The notes under the pieces are model-generated. The model had not been told where the DNA came from. It saw only the letters and a program-made list of their open reading frames with translations, and did not search any database. A program made the position numbers and the translations under genes. From the NCBI GenBank assembly GCA_963791165.1, contig CAWBRL010000017.1:6388-70387 (forward strand): 64,000 nucleotides of DNA, given 5' to 3'. Within the stretch, counting starts at the first letter, position 1. Each line of letters begins with the position of its first letter. Shown here one piece after another: positions 21,387 to 31,253 of the stretch. Source of the stretch: an uncultured Alphaproteobacteria bacterium. GTDB lineage: Bacteria; Pseudomonadota; Alphaproteobacteria; Rhizobiales; Xanthobacteraceae.

Positions 21387-21784
21387 GCAATTCAAGTTCC
21401 GGCAATGTCGGGATCGTTATCGTTTCGCATTCCTCCAAAATTGCGGAGGGCGCCGCCGATATGGTGCGCCAGATGGTAGGCAATGCCGTGCCGCTCGCTT
21501 GGACCGGCGGCGATGTCGATGGGGGGCTCGGCACCAATGTCGCGGGAATTGTCGAGGCGATCGAGGCTGCCTGGTCGCAGGCCGGCGTGGCGATCCTGGT
21601 CGATCTTGGCGGAGCGGAGACGAATTCCGAGATGGCGGTCGAGATGATGCCTGAAGATCGACGCGCGCGCATCGTGGTCTGCAATGCGCCAGTGGTTGAG
21701 GGCGCCGTTATCGCAGCGACTGAATCCTCGGGTGGTTCGCCGCTCGCTGCCGTCAAGCGTAGCGCGGAGGAATTCTATGCATGA
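21383..21784 (+). CDS. dhaM: PTS-dependent dihydroxyacetone kinase phosphotransferase subunit (EIIA-mannose-like)
   Basis: GIVIVSHS, LVDLGGA, APVVEGA. Confidence 0.9.
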   Translation: MSNSSSGNVGIVIVSHSSKIAEGAADMVRQMVGNAVPLAWTGGDVDGGLGTNVAGIVEAIEAAWSQAGVAILVDLGGAETNSEMAVEMMPEDRRARIVVCNAPVVEGAVIAATESSGGSPLAAVKRSAEEFYA

Positions 21785-22091
21785 TGTCAACGCCAGCCGG
21801 GCGGCTAACGCCTTCGCGCCGCTGACGGCCTCGGCGGTTCTCGTCAACGCCGTCGGTCTTCATGCGCGGCCGTCGGTCAAGCTCACGCAGTGCGCGAAAG
21901 GTTTTACTGCGAAGATCGAATTTGCGCTTGCGCCGGACGGGCCCTGGACCGATGCGAAGAGTCCGGTAAAGGTGATGCGCGTGAAGGCACCGCAGGGAGC
22001 GACGCTGCATTTCCGCGTCACCGGCCCCGATGGCAAGGCAGCGCTTGCTGCCGTGCTTGCGCTTGTGCATGACGGTTTCGGCGAGGCCTGA
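21777..22091 (+). CDS. ptsH: HPr phosphocarrier protein
   Basis: GLHARPS (His15 motif), DAKS (Ser46 motif). Confidence 0.9.
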   Translation: MHDVNASRAANAFAPLTASAVLVNAVGLHARPSVKLTQCAKGFTAKIEFALAPDGPWTDAKSPVKVMRVKAPQGATLHFRVTGPDGKAALAAVLALVHDGFGEA

Positions 22092-22096
22092 CCACG

Positions 22097-23707
22097 GTGG
22101 TAGAGATCCATCTCATCGGCCGTGCTGCCTCGCCGGGTCTCGCGATCGGACCGGTCACCATGCTGACTGCGGTTGTGGCCAGGCGAACGGCGAGCGACGA
22201 TCCCGCGCAGGAGGCGGCGGCACTGCGGGCGGCGATTGAAGGCGCGAGGGCGGAGATCGCCGAGCAGATCAAGACGATTCAGGGCGAGGTGGCCGACATT
22301 CTGGAATTCCAGGTCGCCATGCTTGAAGATGATGCGCTGGCGGTTGCGGCATATGAGGTCATCTCGGTGGGGATCACGGCCGACCATGCCTGGCGCTTGG
22401 CACTCGACGAGGAGATCGCTGGTTACCGCGCTGCTGAAGACGAATATTTCCGTGCCCGTGCCGCCGATATCATCGACATCCGCGACCGCGTGCTCGCGCA
22501 TCTGAGCGGCGTGGACACGGTTGCCAGGATCACCGGCGGCTCGATCGTGGCCGCTGACGACATCACGCCTTCCGCCTTTCTTGCCGTCGACTGGACGCGC
22601 GGCGGCGCCATTGCGCTGGCCGCGGGGTCGCCTTCCTCGCATGTCGCGATGCTGGCACGCGCACGCGGCGCCCCCATGGTCGTCGGCCTCGGTCCGTTGT
22701 CGTGGAACGGGCACCCGCCGGCGCTGGCGCTGGTCGATGGCGATGCTGGCACCGTGGTCTTCGATCCCGAACCCAAGACGCGCCGCTTGTTCGAGCAGCG
22801 CATGGCGGCTGCGAACGCTGCGCTGGCCGTCGCCAAGACCGCCAGCCTTGCGCCTGCCTATACCGCCGATGGCCGGCGGATCGCGGTTCTGCTCAACATC
22901 GCCGCTCCCGAAGACCTTGCGGGCCTCGATCCCGCGATTTGCGACGGCATCGGTCTCGTGCGCACCGAATTTTTGTTCGAAGCATCTTACGGCCTGCCGG
23001 ACGAGGACACGCAATATGCGATCTACCGGCGCATTCTTGAGTGGGCGCAGGGAAGGCCGGTGACGATCCGCACCCTCGATGCCGGCGGCGACAAGCCGAT
23101 CGCCGGTTTGACGATTGACGGCGAGAGCAATCCGTTTCTCGGCCTGCGCGGCATCCGCCTCTCGCTTGCGCGGCCGGAGGTGTTTCGCGTGCAACTGCGT
23201 GCGCTGGCGCGTGCGGCGCTGCACGGGGTGCTGAAAGTGATGCTGCCGATGATTGCCGTTCCCGCAGAACTCGATCGTGCCAGTGTCATGCTTGACGCGG
23301 AGTTCGCGGCGCTCAGGGCGGAAGGGATCGCTTGCGCCCGTCCGCCACTTGGTATCATGGTTGAGGTTCCGGCAGCGGCGCTGCGTGCCGAGGATTTCGG
23401 CGCCGCGTTCTATTCCATCGGTTCAAACGACCTGACCCAGTACACGATGGCCGCCGCGCGCGATATCGGTTCGGTCGCCGACCTCAACGATGCCGGGCAT
23501 CCGGCAGTGCTGGCACTGATCGCCCGGACCGTTGAGGCGGCGCGCAAGCGCGATGTCGAGGTTTCGCTCTGCGGCGACGCGGCCGCCGACACCCGCCTGA
23601 CGACAGCGCTGCTCGCGACCGGGCTGAGCACCCTCTCGGTGGCACCGGTAACGGTAGCGCGGCTCAAGGCGGCGATCGCAAAGGTTGGTTCAAGGGTTGC
23701 TTCATGA
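22097..23707 (+). CDS. ptsI: PEP-protein phosphotransferase (Enzyme I)
   Basis: ASPGLAIG, SHVAMLARA (phospho-His), GIGLVRTEFL, RTLDAGGDK, NPFLGLRGIR, SIGSNDLTQY. Confidence 0.93.
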   Translation: MVEIHLIGRAASPGLAIGPVTMLTAVVARRTASDDPAQEAAALRAAIEGARAEIAEQIKTIQGEVADILEFQVAMLEDDALAVAAYEVISVGITADHAWRLALDEEIAGYRAAEDEYFRARAADIIDIRDRVLAHLSGVDTVARITGGSIVAADDITPSAFLAVDWTRGGAIALAAGSPSSHVAMLARARGAPMVVGLGPLSWNGHPPALALVDGDAGTVVFDPEPKTRRLFEQRMAAANAALAVAKTASLAPAYTADGRRIAVLLNIAAPEDLAGLDPAICDGIGLVRTEFLFEASYGLPDEDTQYAIYRRILEWAQGRPVTIRTLDAGGDKPIAGLTIDGESNPFLGLRGIRLSLARPEVFRVQLRALARAALHGVLKVMLPMIAVPAELDRASVMLDAEFAALRAEGIACARPPLGIMVEVPAAALRAEDFGAAFYSIGSNDLTQYTMAAARDIGSVADLNDAGHPAVLALIARTVEAARKRDVEVSLCGDAAADTRLTTALLATGLSTLSVAPVTVARLKAAIAKVGSRVAS

Positions 23708-24135
23708 CGGAAGATACAGGCGAAGAGTCCCGCGGGCCTGGCGACAGCAATGTTGCCGACTACAAGGTCATCCTGCGACGGGTACTCGACAACCGGCCGT
23801 CGGGGACTAGGCTCAAGCTTGCGGCGGCGCTGGGCAAGAATCGCTCCTTCGTGACCCAGATTACCAATCCGGCCTATCTCGTGCCAATCCCGGCGAAGCA
23901 TGTCGCGATCATCTTCGAAGTCTGCCATCTGTCCGGCGCCGAGCGTGCGGCGTTCCTCGAGGCCTATGGACGCGCGCATCCCGGCCGGCTGCGCGGATCC
24001 CATCGCGAAGCGCGCACGCGCACCGTCGCGGTGACGGTGCCTGACCTCGGCGATGACAAGAAGAACCGCGCGCTCGAACAACTGGTCATCGATTTTGCGG
24101 CGCAGCTTGCGCGCTACGCCGAGACCGTCGGCTGA
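23704..24135 (+). CDS. Hypothetical protein, possible XRE-like DNA-binding regulator
   Basis: ATGA-coupled to ptsI; RLKLAAALGKNRSFVTQITNP resembles a helix-turn-helix. Confidence 0.6.
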   Translation: MTEDTGEESRGPGDSNVADYKVILRRVLDNRPSGTRLKLAAALGKNRSFVTQITNPAYLVPIPAKHVAIIFEVCHLSGAERAAFLEAYGRAHPGRLRGSHREARTRTVAVTVPDLGDDKKNRALEQLVIDFAAQLARYAETVG

Positions 24136-24176
24136 CGGTTTGATCCGAACCGCAAGTGAACAATCGGGAGGGGATT

Positions 24177-25167
24177 ATGAAAAAGCTGATCAACGGCGCC
24201 GATACGGTACTCGAAGAAAGTCTTGACGGCTTTGCCGCCGCGCATGCGGATATCCTGCTGCTTGGGCCTGAGCGCAAATTCGTGCGCCGCCGCACACTTG
24301 AAGTCGGGCAAGGTCGCCCTGATTTCAGGCGGCGGTTCGGGACATGAACCGTTGCATGCGGGCTTTGTCGGCCACGGCATGCTCGATGCCGCCTGCCCCG
24401 GCCAGGTATTCACCTCGCCGACGCCGGACCAGATGATCGAGGCTGCGGAGGCCGTCGATACCGGCGCAGGCGTTCTCTTCATCGTCAAGAACTACGAAGG
24501 CGATGTGATGAATTTCACCATGGCCGCCGAGATGGCCGGGCGGGACGTGGCGAGCGTGGTGACGAACGACGACGTCGCGGTCGAGAAATCGACCTACACG
24601 ACCGGTCGCCGCGGTGTCGCGGGTACGCTGATCGTGGAAAAGATGGTCGGCGCCGCGGCCGAGGCCGGCATGCCGCTTGCCCCTCTCAAGGCGCTAGGCG
24701 ATGAAGTCAACCGGCGCACGCGCTCGATGGGTGTGGCGCTGTTGCCGTGTACCGTGCCGGCGGCGGGGCGGCCGAACTTCACTCTGGCCGAGGACGAAAT
24801 GGAGATGGGCGTCGGCATTCATGGCGAGCCTGGCCGGCGGAGGGTATCGCTGGCTCCCGCCGATGCGATTGCCGAGGAGCTCGTTGGCGCGATCCTCAAG
24901 GATCTTGCGCCAAAGCAGGGGAGCGAAGTGCTGCTTCTCGTCAACGGGTTCGGCGCAACGCCGCTGATCGAACTTTATCTGATGGTCAATAGCGCAAAGC
25001 GAATTCTGGACGATGCGGGGATCACGGCGACGCGATTCCTGACCGGATCCTACGTCACATCCCTCGACATGGCTGGCGTCTCGATCACCGCATCCGTGCT
25101 GGATGGCCAAGCAAAGGAATTGTGGGACGCTCCGGTCCACACGGCGGCGCTGCGCTGGGGCACTTGA
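24177..25167 (+). CDS. dhaK: Dihydroxyacetone kinase substrate-binding subunit; +1 frameshift near 24298
   Basis: MKKLIN..., then [44 protein letters not shown]. Confidence 0.9.
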
Positions 25168-25210
25168 TCACATCTCGCGGTTTAGTTTCTCGTTACAACC
25201 GTTCGCAGAA

Positions 25211-25483
25211 ATGTCCGGACGCCGTGTCGTCACAGACGCGGCGCTGGCAACCCGGCTCAATTCGGCGCGCGCGGCGATCGGCGATAACGGTAGCGAGCAG
25301 CGCCTGATCAAGACCTTGCAGCGCAAGGGTTTCCGCTTCGTGGGCGCTGTTCGCGAAGTCGATGGGGAGGTCGACACAACTGCCGCAAATGCCGAAGCGG
25401 GTCTCTTCCACTTATCCGCTTCTGGCACCAGCAGTCATCCCTCGGGCGCCACAAGGGCGGTTGTTGGCTGTAACCGGAATTGA
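25211..25483 (+). pseudogene. Fragment of a winged-helix (OmpR/CadC C-type) DNA-binding domain
   Basis: GRRVVTDAALATRLNSARAAIGDNGSEQRLIKTLQRKGFRFVGAVRE, lacking the N-terminal part and any downstream domain. Confidence 0.7.
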
Positions 25484-25562
25484 TGCAACGCAATATGCCT
25501 GCGCTATCAAGTCGCCTCTAATCCACCGAGTTTGATGTATGCTCGTCACTCGGTAGGGTTCC

Positions 25563-25766
25563 ATGACATTTGCAATTCACGGATCGAAGAACGGGGAGAG
25601 CGTCGTCACCGTTCGCATCCGCCCAGATGCTGCAGTCGACAAAGCTCGCCTATTGGAAAGCGTTGGCTGGCAAGTTCATATTACAGACTCGGCTGGGCAC
25701 CAGTTTGACTTGTCACAATTCGATCGGTTTCTTTGGATCAATCGAGGGACAACCGGGCGTATGTAG
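25563..25766 (+). CDS. Small hypothetical protein
   Basis: 67-aa ORF with plausible start and globular composition. Confidence 0.45.
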   Translation: MTFAIHGSKNGESVVTVRIRPDAAVDKARLLESVGWQVHITDSAGHQFDLSQFDRFLWINRGTTGRM

Positions 25767-25898
25767 ATCGAAAATTTAACTTCACTGAGTCCTGCGCCGC
25801 CTCGAGGATACCGATCTATCGGATCAGTGACAACAAAACAGCGCAGCGTTAAGATCAGCAAAAGCTGGAGTTCATCTACTACCGACAGGGAGCCAGTC

Positions 25899-26315
25899 AT
25901 GGCGTCGATCACAGCTATTGCCAACGATTTCTTTGCCGCTTGTGAGACTGGAAAGGGGTGGGAAGCCTGCAAGGCTTACTGCGCTCCGAATGCGACATTC
26001 GCCGCACAAGCCGAACCGCTTGCAGATATCAAAACACTTGCGGAATACACCGATTGGATGAAGGGACTGATGACGATTATGCCGGATGGCAGCTATGAGG
26101 TGAAATCCTTTTCCACTGATGTCGAGCGAAACAACGTCGCTGCCTACGGTGTCTTCTCGGGTACGCATACCGGCCCCGGTGGTCCATGTGAGCCGACCGG
26201 CAAAAAGACGATCTCGGATTACGTCTATGTGATGCAGTTCACCGGAGACAAGATCAGCCACATGACGAAGATTTGGCATTCTGGAATGGCACTAAAGGAA
26301 CTAGGCTGGGCTTGA
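25899..26315 (+). CDS. SnoaL-like / ester cyclase (NTF2-like) protein
   Basis: FFAACETGKGW...FSGTHTG..PTGKK...YVYVMQF.GDKISHMTKIW; GGGAG RBS. Confidence 0.85.
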   Translation: MASITAIANDFFAACETGKGWEACKAYCAPNATFAAQAEPLADIKTLAEYTDWMKGLMTIMPDGSYEVKSFSTDVERNNVAAYGVFSGTHTGPGGPCEPTGKKTISDYVYVMQFTGDKISHMTKIWHSGMALKELGWA

Positions 26316-26405
26316 CGGCAACCAAGTTGTATTTGCGCAGGGCAAAGGTGAGAGGCACCGGGCCGTCGTCGGATAAATCAAGTGAGGATGATTGCTGCTC
26401 TTTCC

Positions 26406-26882
26406 CTAGATGGCCAACTTGCCTCGTGGACTGCACTTCACGAATTTCGCTCTGCGTGCGTTGTTTCTAATCTCAATAGTCAAAGGATCAATGATTGTCA
26501 GAAAGTATGTGATCTTTTGTCTGAACCAGAATCGCCTTCGAACATCCGGAAGTTCAGTTATCCAATAACCGCCATCTGCTGGCTTTGTGGAAACCAGCGT
26601 GCTGATTGTCTGTAAGCTCTGTTTGACCTCGTATCGCTTGTTATCGTTAAATATAAGAAGCTGAGAGATGAGTTTCCGCGACACTGCGTCGATTCCTGAT
26701 AGTGTTACAGTTAAGCAAGCTTCAGTTGGTCCGATGGGAAAATCACGATGTTGGGCCACCCATACCCCTCTGACGGGATAGATGTCAGCAAGAGCCGGAG
26801 AACTCAAAAGCAGACCTGCCAAGCCTAGCATTTGAGCCCGGTCCAACAATCGCTTGTGGATTCCAATAGTTGGGGTCCTCAT
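26406..26882 (-). CDS. Hypothetical secreted protein (low GC)
   Basis: Signal-like LGLAGLLLSSPALA, then mature region with a Cys pair. Confidence 0.5.
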   Translation of the reverse strand: MRTPTIGIHKRLLDRAQMLGLAGLLLSSPALADIYPVRGVWVAQHRDFPIGPTEACLTVTLSGIDAVSRKLISQLLIFNDNKRYEVKQSLQTISTLVSTKPADGGYWITELPDVRRRFWFRQKITYFLTIIDPLTIEIRNNARRAKFVKCSPRGKLAI

Positions 26883-26959
26883 GCCGGAACCTCGATCATA
26901 TTGCCAGGCATCCATCCAAGGTCTTTCTATCAGAATGCTCACGACAATACCGAGGACCA

Positions 26960-27259
26960 ATGCGTATCAAAGTGTTCATCGTGGCCTCGGCAATGCTTCT
27001 TGCCACCGCAAACGCCCGGGCGGAAGCCAACAAGGCTTGTGTTTTGAAAGCAACCGAATCATTGCCCCGCATTCACGGGCTCGTAGTCAAGAAGACACGG
27101 ACCCGTCCCGTTGGGGCGGAGATCTTGGCGACGTGGAAGGGCCAGACACGTCCAATCATCGTCGATGTTGATGTTGTCGCAACGGGAGCCGAAGAGACCT
27201 ATTCATACCTGTGCGCCGTAACTAAAGGCTCGGCCCATGTTCGCCGTGTAATGAGTTAG
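26960..27259 (+). CDS. Hypothetical secreted protein
   Basis: GAGG RBS, signal peptide MRIKVFIVASAMLLATANARA, two Cys. Confidence 0.6.
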   Translation: MRIKVFIVASAMLLATANARAEANKACVLKATESLPRIHGLVVKKTRTRPVGAEILATWKGQTRPIIVDVDVVATGAEETYSYLCAVTKGSAHVRRVMS

Positions 27260-27330
27260 GCTAAGACAAACTCCAGAAGGCCAGGCGCTCCCCGTGGCCT
27301 GTTCGCCAGCGGACGGCAGCGGGCGATCCA

Positions 27331-27705
27331 TCAAGATATGGTCTTGACCCCACAAAGGTTGCGATCCTTTGCGACCCCCGCGCGTTTCTGCCTTTTGATA
27401 CCTACTCTTGATAGAGAATGGGTTTCCTCCGCTAAGTGATTTATTGCATCGGCCATCTCATCAAGGACCACCTTATATTCGCCCGCGGTTTCCAGAGAAG
27501 GTTCTTCAGCGTTCCTGCTATTCTGCACATGCTCAAGGGCTCTGAGGTCGAACCGCACCCTCTCGAGTTTCTCGCCCACGAACCACACGCAGATAATGCC
27601 GGTAATTTTATAGTCGTCGAAAATACTCGTATTGACGGCATCGACCGTCATAGTCGGGCCGCCTGATTTCAAAACTACAAGATCGCCCGCCTGGAATAAG
27701 GTCAT
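27331..27705 (-). CDS. YodC (DUF2158) family protein with C-terminal extension
   Basis: FQAGDLVVLKSGGPTMTV...CVWF...F...L. Confidence 0.75.
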   Translation of the reverse strand: MTLFQAGDLVVLKSGGPTMTVDAVNTSIFDDYKITGIICVWFVGEKLERVRFDLRALEHVQNSRNAEEPSLETAGEYKVVLDEMADAINHLAEETHSLSRVGIKRQKRAGVAKDRNLCGVKTIS

Positions 27706-27995
27706 CGCTATATCTGTCAATCAAAGCGAATCGCATTGGTTGCGCCGCACAATAGCAGGTGCCGGGTGGGCCCATCCACCCCTCTACCATCCACCCCTCT
27801 AAATGAATCTCGAGTTTCGGCGTGGTCCTCACTCGTGCCCGCGATCAGCGGACAATCCAGCGCGGCCTGGCGCGGCGAGACGGCGGCGGGCGAAGACTTT
27901 TCATCCTCGCGAGATGGGGTCGGTGTCATGGACCGGCTGTGGAGCAAAAAGCCGGTCACGGTTTGTGGCTGGCTTCTCCATTCTGGGCTAAGGGT

Positions 27996-28217
27996 CTAGC
28001 GACCGGCCGGCGCCGAGTAACCGCCGGAGTAGCGCGACCAATAAGGTTGCTCTTGCTGGGCTGGCCATGCGGCATTTGAATTGCGGAATTTGTCGCTCGC
28101 CGTAACCGGTGCGCGAGCCGCATTCTTTGTGTGATGGCGCTCGGCAGCAGCGGCGAACTGGACTGTCGCGGCGGCAATCAGTGCGGCGCCGAGAATCGTG
28201 AAAATGGTCTTGTGCAT
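27996..28217 (-). CDS. Small secreted protein ending SAPAGR
   Basis: GAGGAG RBS, signal peptide, C-terminal YSGGYSAPAGR. Confidence 0.7.
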   Translation of the reverse strand: MHKTIFTILGAALIAAATVQFAAAAERHHTKNAARAPVTASDKFRNSNAAWPAQQEQPYWSRYSGGYSAPAGR

Positions 28218-28459
28218 CGTTGTTCTCCTCGTGCGCTCTATCATGCAAGACTTCGTGCGCCGCGCATCAGCGCTGCACCCCAGATAGCGATGGCTCCGGC
28301 TGATTATTACGATCGTGGCCATCACGAAGCGGCGAGCAAATTTTTTGATCAGAAGGCGAGGGAGACTAAATATTCAGCAGTTGGTCCCAGCCGAGCTGTA
28401 CTAGACTTACCCAACCGGTCCGATCGGGTCGGAAAAAGCGTGTCCCGTGAGGCCGACCG

Positions 28460-28744
28460 ATGAAGAACTTGCTGCTGCTCGTTGCGCTGATGGCGTCCCC
28501 GGCCTGGGCGCAAACCCAATCGACGCCCAAGAGCGCAACCGCTCGCGCCGATCCCTGCGCGCCCATCGGCAAGACCGCAAAGGGCGAACTGGTCTATTCG
28601 ATGAAATGCGACAATCTGCCGGCGACGCCGGCACCACCGCCGCCTCAAGCCGAGGCAAGGGAAGCCGCGCCGCCGCCGGAGCCGGAGGTTCGCAGAAGTG
28701 GCCTGTTCGGCTGGTCGTATGATCGCAGGAAGCCCGACGAGTGA
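28460..28744 (+). CDS. Hypothetical secreted Pro-rich protein
   Basis: Signal peptide (..PAWA-Q), CAPIG..GELVYSMKC. Confidence 0.65.
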   Translation: MKNLLLLVALMASPAWAQTQSTPKSATARADPCAPIGKTAKGELVYSMKCDNLPATPAPPPPQAEAREAAPPPEPEVRRSGLFGWSYDRRKPDE

Positions 28745-28773
28745 TCGCCGGGCAAGGGATGGTGAGGCGCTAA

Positions 28774-29661
28774 ATGTCAGGGAAAACCCTGTTCGATCTG
28801 AATGGCTGCAGCAAGGATGATTTTGTTGCGGCGCTGTCGAACATCTTCGAATATTCGCCGTGGATTGCCGAACAGGTTGTATCTGCGCGGCCGTTCGCGG
28901 GCGTGAAGCAGTTGTTCGATGCGATGAAAGCGGCGGTCGATCACGCGCCTGCGGAACTGCGCCTCGCACTGATCAAGGCGCATCCTGATCTCGCCAACAA
29001 GACCCAGCGCGCGGCGGGGCTTACCGCGGAATCCGATGCCGAGCAGAACAGCGTCGGTCTCGACCGGCTGTCGGATGCGGAATATGCCGCGTTCGAGCGG
29101 GTCAATAACGCCTACCGCGCGAAGTTCGGTTTTCCCTATATCGTCTGCGTCCGCCGCCACACCAAGGATTCGATTTTGCGGGATTTCGAACAGCGGCTGC
29201 CCAACGATGCCAGGGCCGAGATGCAGACGTCGATCGCGGAAATCTGCCGGATTGCGGCGCTGCGACTGGACCAGCTCGTGTCGGCTGACGACAAGCTGCC
29301 GGTGCACGGGCGCCTCTCCACCCATGTGCTCGATACCCATAGCGGCATGCCGGCAGCGGGGATTGCGATCGAGCTTACGGAGCTCTCCGCGCTCGGCATT
29401 CCTCGCGTTATCACGCGCACGGTGACCAACAGCGACGGCCGCACCGATCAACCGTTGATCGGCAGCCGGCCGGTACCGATTGGTCGCTACGAGCTGATGT
29501 TCAGCGTCGGCGATCATTTTTCCGCGCGCGGCGTGCCGATGTCGGACCCGCCGTTTCTCGACAAGATCCCGTTGCGCTTTTCGGTGAGCGACCCCGAAGG
29601 CCACCTGCACGTGCCGCTGCTGGTCACGCCGTGGAGCTACGCGACGTATCGGGGCAGCTAA
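28774..29661 (+). CDS. uraD: Bifunctional OHCU decarboxylase / 5-hydroxyisourate hydrolase (UraD-UraH fusion)
   Basis: IFEYSPWIA, AHPDLA, EQNSVGL, YRAKFGFPYIVCVR; then LSTHVLDT, HVPLLVTPWSYATYRGS (HIUase YRGS end). Confidence 0.92.
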   Translation: MSGKTLFDLNGCSKDDFVAALSNIFEYSPWIAEQVVSARPFAGVKQLFDAMKAAVDHAPAELRLALIKAHPDLANKTQRAAGLTAESDAEQNSVGLDRLSDAEYAAFERVNNAYRAKFGFPYIVCVRRHTKDSILRDFEQRLPNDARAEMQTSIAEICRIAALRLDQLVSADDKLPVHGRLSTHVLDTHSGMPAAGIAIELTELSALGIPRVITRTVTNSDGRTDQPLIGSRPVPIGRYELMFSVGDHFSARGVPMSDPPFLDKIPLRFSVSDPEGHLHVPLLVTPWSYATYRGS

Positions 29662-29697
29662 CTATTGTCCCTGAGTGTTCCGACGACCGAGGACGGT

Positions 29698-31101
29698 TCA
29701 CACATGCTGAGCCGACGACGCCGCGGCTGCTGCGTCCGCTTCCGCTGCCGCCTTGCTGCCAACGCCGTTGAAGAAGGCGTTCAGAACGACTGCAACCAGC
29801 GCGCAGAGCAAAATTCCGGATTCCAGCAGCGGGTGCAGGTCGTGCGGCAGGTTCTTGAAGAAGTTGGGCGCGACCAGCGGGATCATGCCGAAGCCGACCG
29901 AGATTGCGACCACAAACAGGTTGAATTGATTGTTCTTGAAATCGACCGTGGCCAGGATACGCGCGCCGGTCGCCGCCACCATGCCGAACATCACGAGGCC
30001 GGCGCCGCCGAGCACGACGAGCGGAACGGCTTCGACCAGCGACGCCATCTTCGGCAACAACCCAAGCAGCAGCATGATGGCGCCGCCGGCGATCGTGACC
30101 CAGCGCGAGCGCACGCCGGTGACGCTGACAAGGCCGACATTCTGCGAGAACGATGTGTAAGGGAACGTATTGAAGATGCCGCCAAGCAGCGTACCGACGC
30201 CGTCGGCGCGCAGACCACGGGTCAGCGCGTCGCGGTCGATCTTCTTGCCGGTGATCTCGCCGAGCGCGAGGAACATGCCGAGCAATTCGATCATCACGAC
30301 GATCATCACGATGCACATGGTGATGATCGGCACCAGATGAAATTGCGGCATGCCGAAACGGAACGGGATGACGATCGCGCCCCAGGACGCGGAAGCGACC
30401 TTGTCGAAATGCATCACGCCGAGCACGCTGGCGAGCACTGCACCCGCGACGATGCCGAGCAGCACCGAAACATTGGCGACGAAGCCGGAGCCCCATTTGA
30501 TCAGGCCGAGGATCACCAGCAGCACGAACAGCGCGATTCCTAGTCCCTGCAACTGGCCATAGCCGGGATTGGGGAAGGCGCCGGGAACCCCGTCAATCAC
30601 CTTGGTCAGGGTCGGCAGACCGCCGCCGGCCCAATTGATACCCACCCGCATCAACGAGATTCCGATCACCAGGATGATGGTGCCGGTGACGACGGGCGGA
30701 AACAGCGGCAGCAGACGGCTGATGAAGGGCGCGGCAATGATGCCGAAGATTCCGGCAGCGATGACCGAACCGTAGATGCCGAGCAGGCCGATGTCGGGCG
30801 CTGCGGCCATCGACAGCATCGGGCCGACCGAGGCAAAGGTCACCCCCATCATCACAGGCAGCCGGATACCGACGCCGGGGAAACCGATACATTGGACCAG
30901 CGTCGCGAGCCCACAGGCGAACAGGTCGGCGCTGATCAGGAACGCCACATCCTCCGGCGGCAGCTTCAGCGCCCGGCCGATGATCAAGGGTACCGCGACC
31001 GCGCCGGCATACATCACCAGCACATGCTGCAGGCCGAGCGCCAGCAGCCGCGGCGTCGGCAGCATCTGATCGACGGGGTGGATTTCGCTGGTCGTGGTCA
31101 T
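29698..31101 (-). CDS. NCS2 nucleobase:cation symporter (urate/xanthine permease)
   Basis: GLQHVLVMYAGAVAVP, NAT signature FSQNVGLVSVTG. Confidence 0.92.
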   Translation of the reverse strand: MTTTSEIHPVDQMLPTPRLLALGLQHVLVMYAGAVAVPLIIGRALKLPPEDVAFLISADLFACGLATLVQCIGFPGVGIRLPVMMGVTFASVGPMLSMAAAPDIGLLGIYGSVIAAGIFGIIAAPFISRLLPLFPPVVTGTIILVIGISLMRVGINWAGGGLPTLTKVIDGVPGAFPNPGYGQLQGLGIALFVLLVILGLIKWGSGFVANVSVLLGIVAGAVLASVLGVMHFDKVASASWGAIVIPFRFGMPQFHLVPIITMCIVMIVVMIELLGMFLALGEITGKKIDRDALTRGLRADGVGTLLGGIFNTFPYTSFSQNVGLVSVTGVRSRWVTIAGGAIMLLLGLLPKMASLVEAVPLVVLGGAGLVMFGMVAATGARILATVDFKNNQFNLFVVAISVGFGMIPLVAPNFFKNLPHDLHPLLESGILLCALVAVVLNAFFNGVGSKAAAEADAAAAASSAQHV

Positions 31102-31131
31102 GAATCGTTCCCCTGGCGCCGCCTGAACCGA

Positions 31132-31147
31132 TACAAGGCCCGTGCCA
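31132..31147 (-). promoter_or_regulatory. sigma54-like promoter for the NCS2 permease
   Basis: Minus strand TGGCAC-GGGCC-TTGTA (one mismatch in the -12 element). Confidence 0.6.
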
Positions 31148-31172
31148 AAGTTTGCCTTGGAACCTTGTCCAA

Positions 31173-31188
31173 TGGCACGATCGTTGCT
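31173..31188 (+). promoter_or_regulatory. sigma54 promoter for uricase
   Basis: TGGCAC-GATCG-TTGCT, canonical -24/-12. Confidence 0.8.
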
Positions 31189-31253
31189 CACTATTGGACC
31201 GGGTCGGGCGACCATGGTCCCGCAGAATGACGGACTGAACTGGAGGCTCCCAC

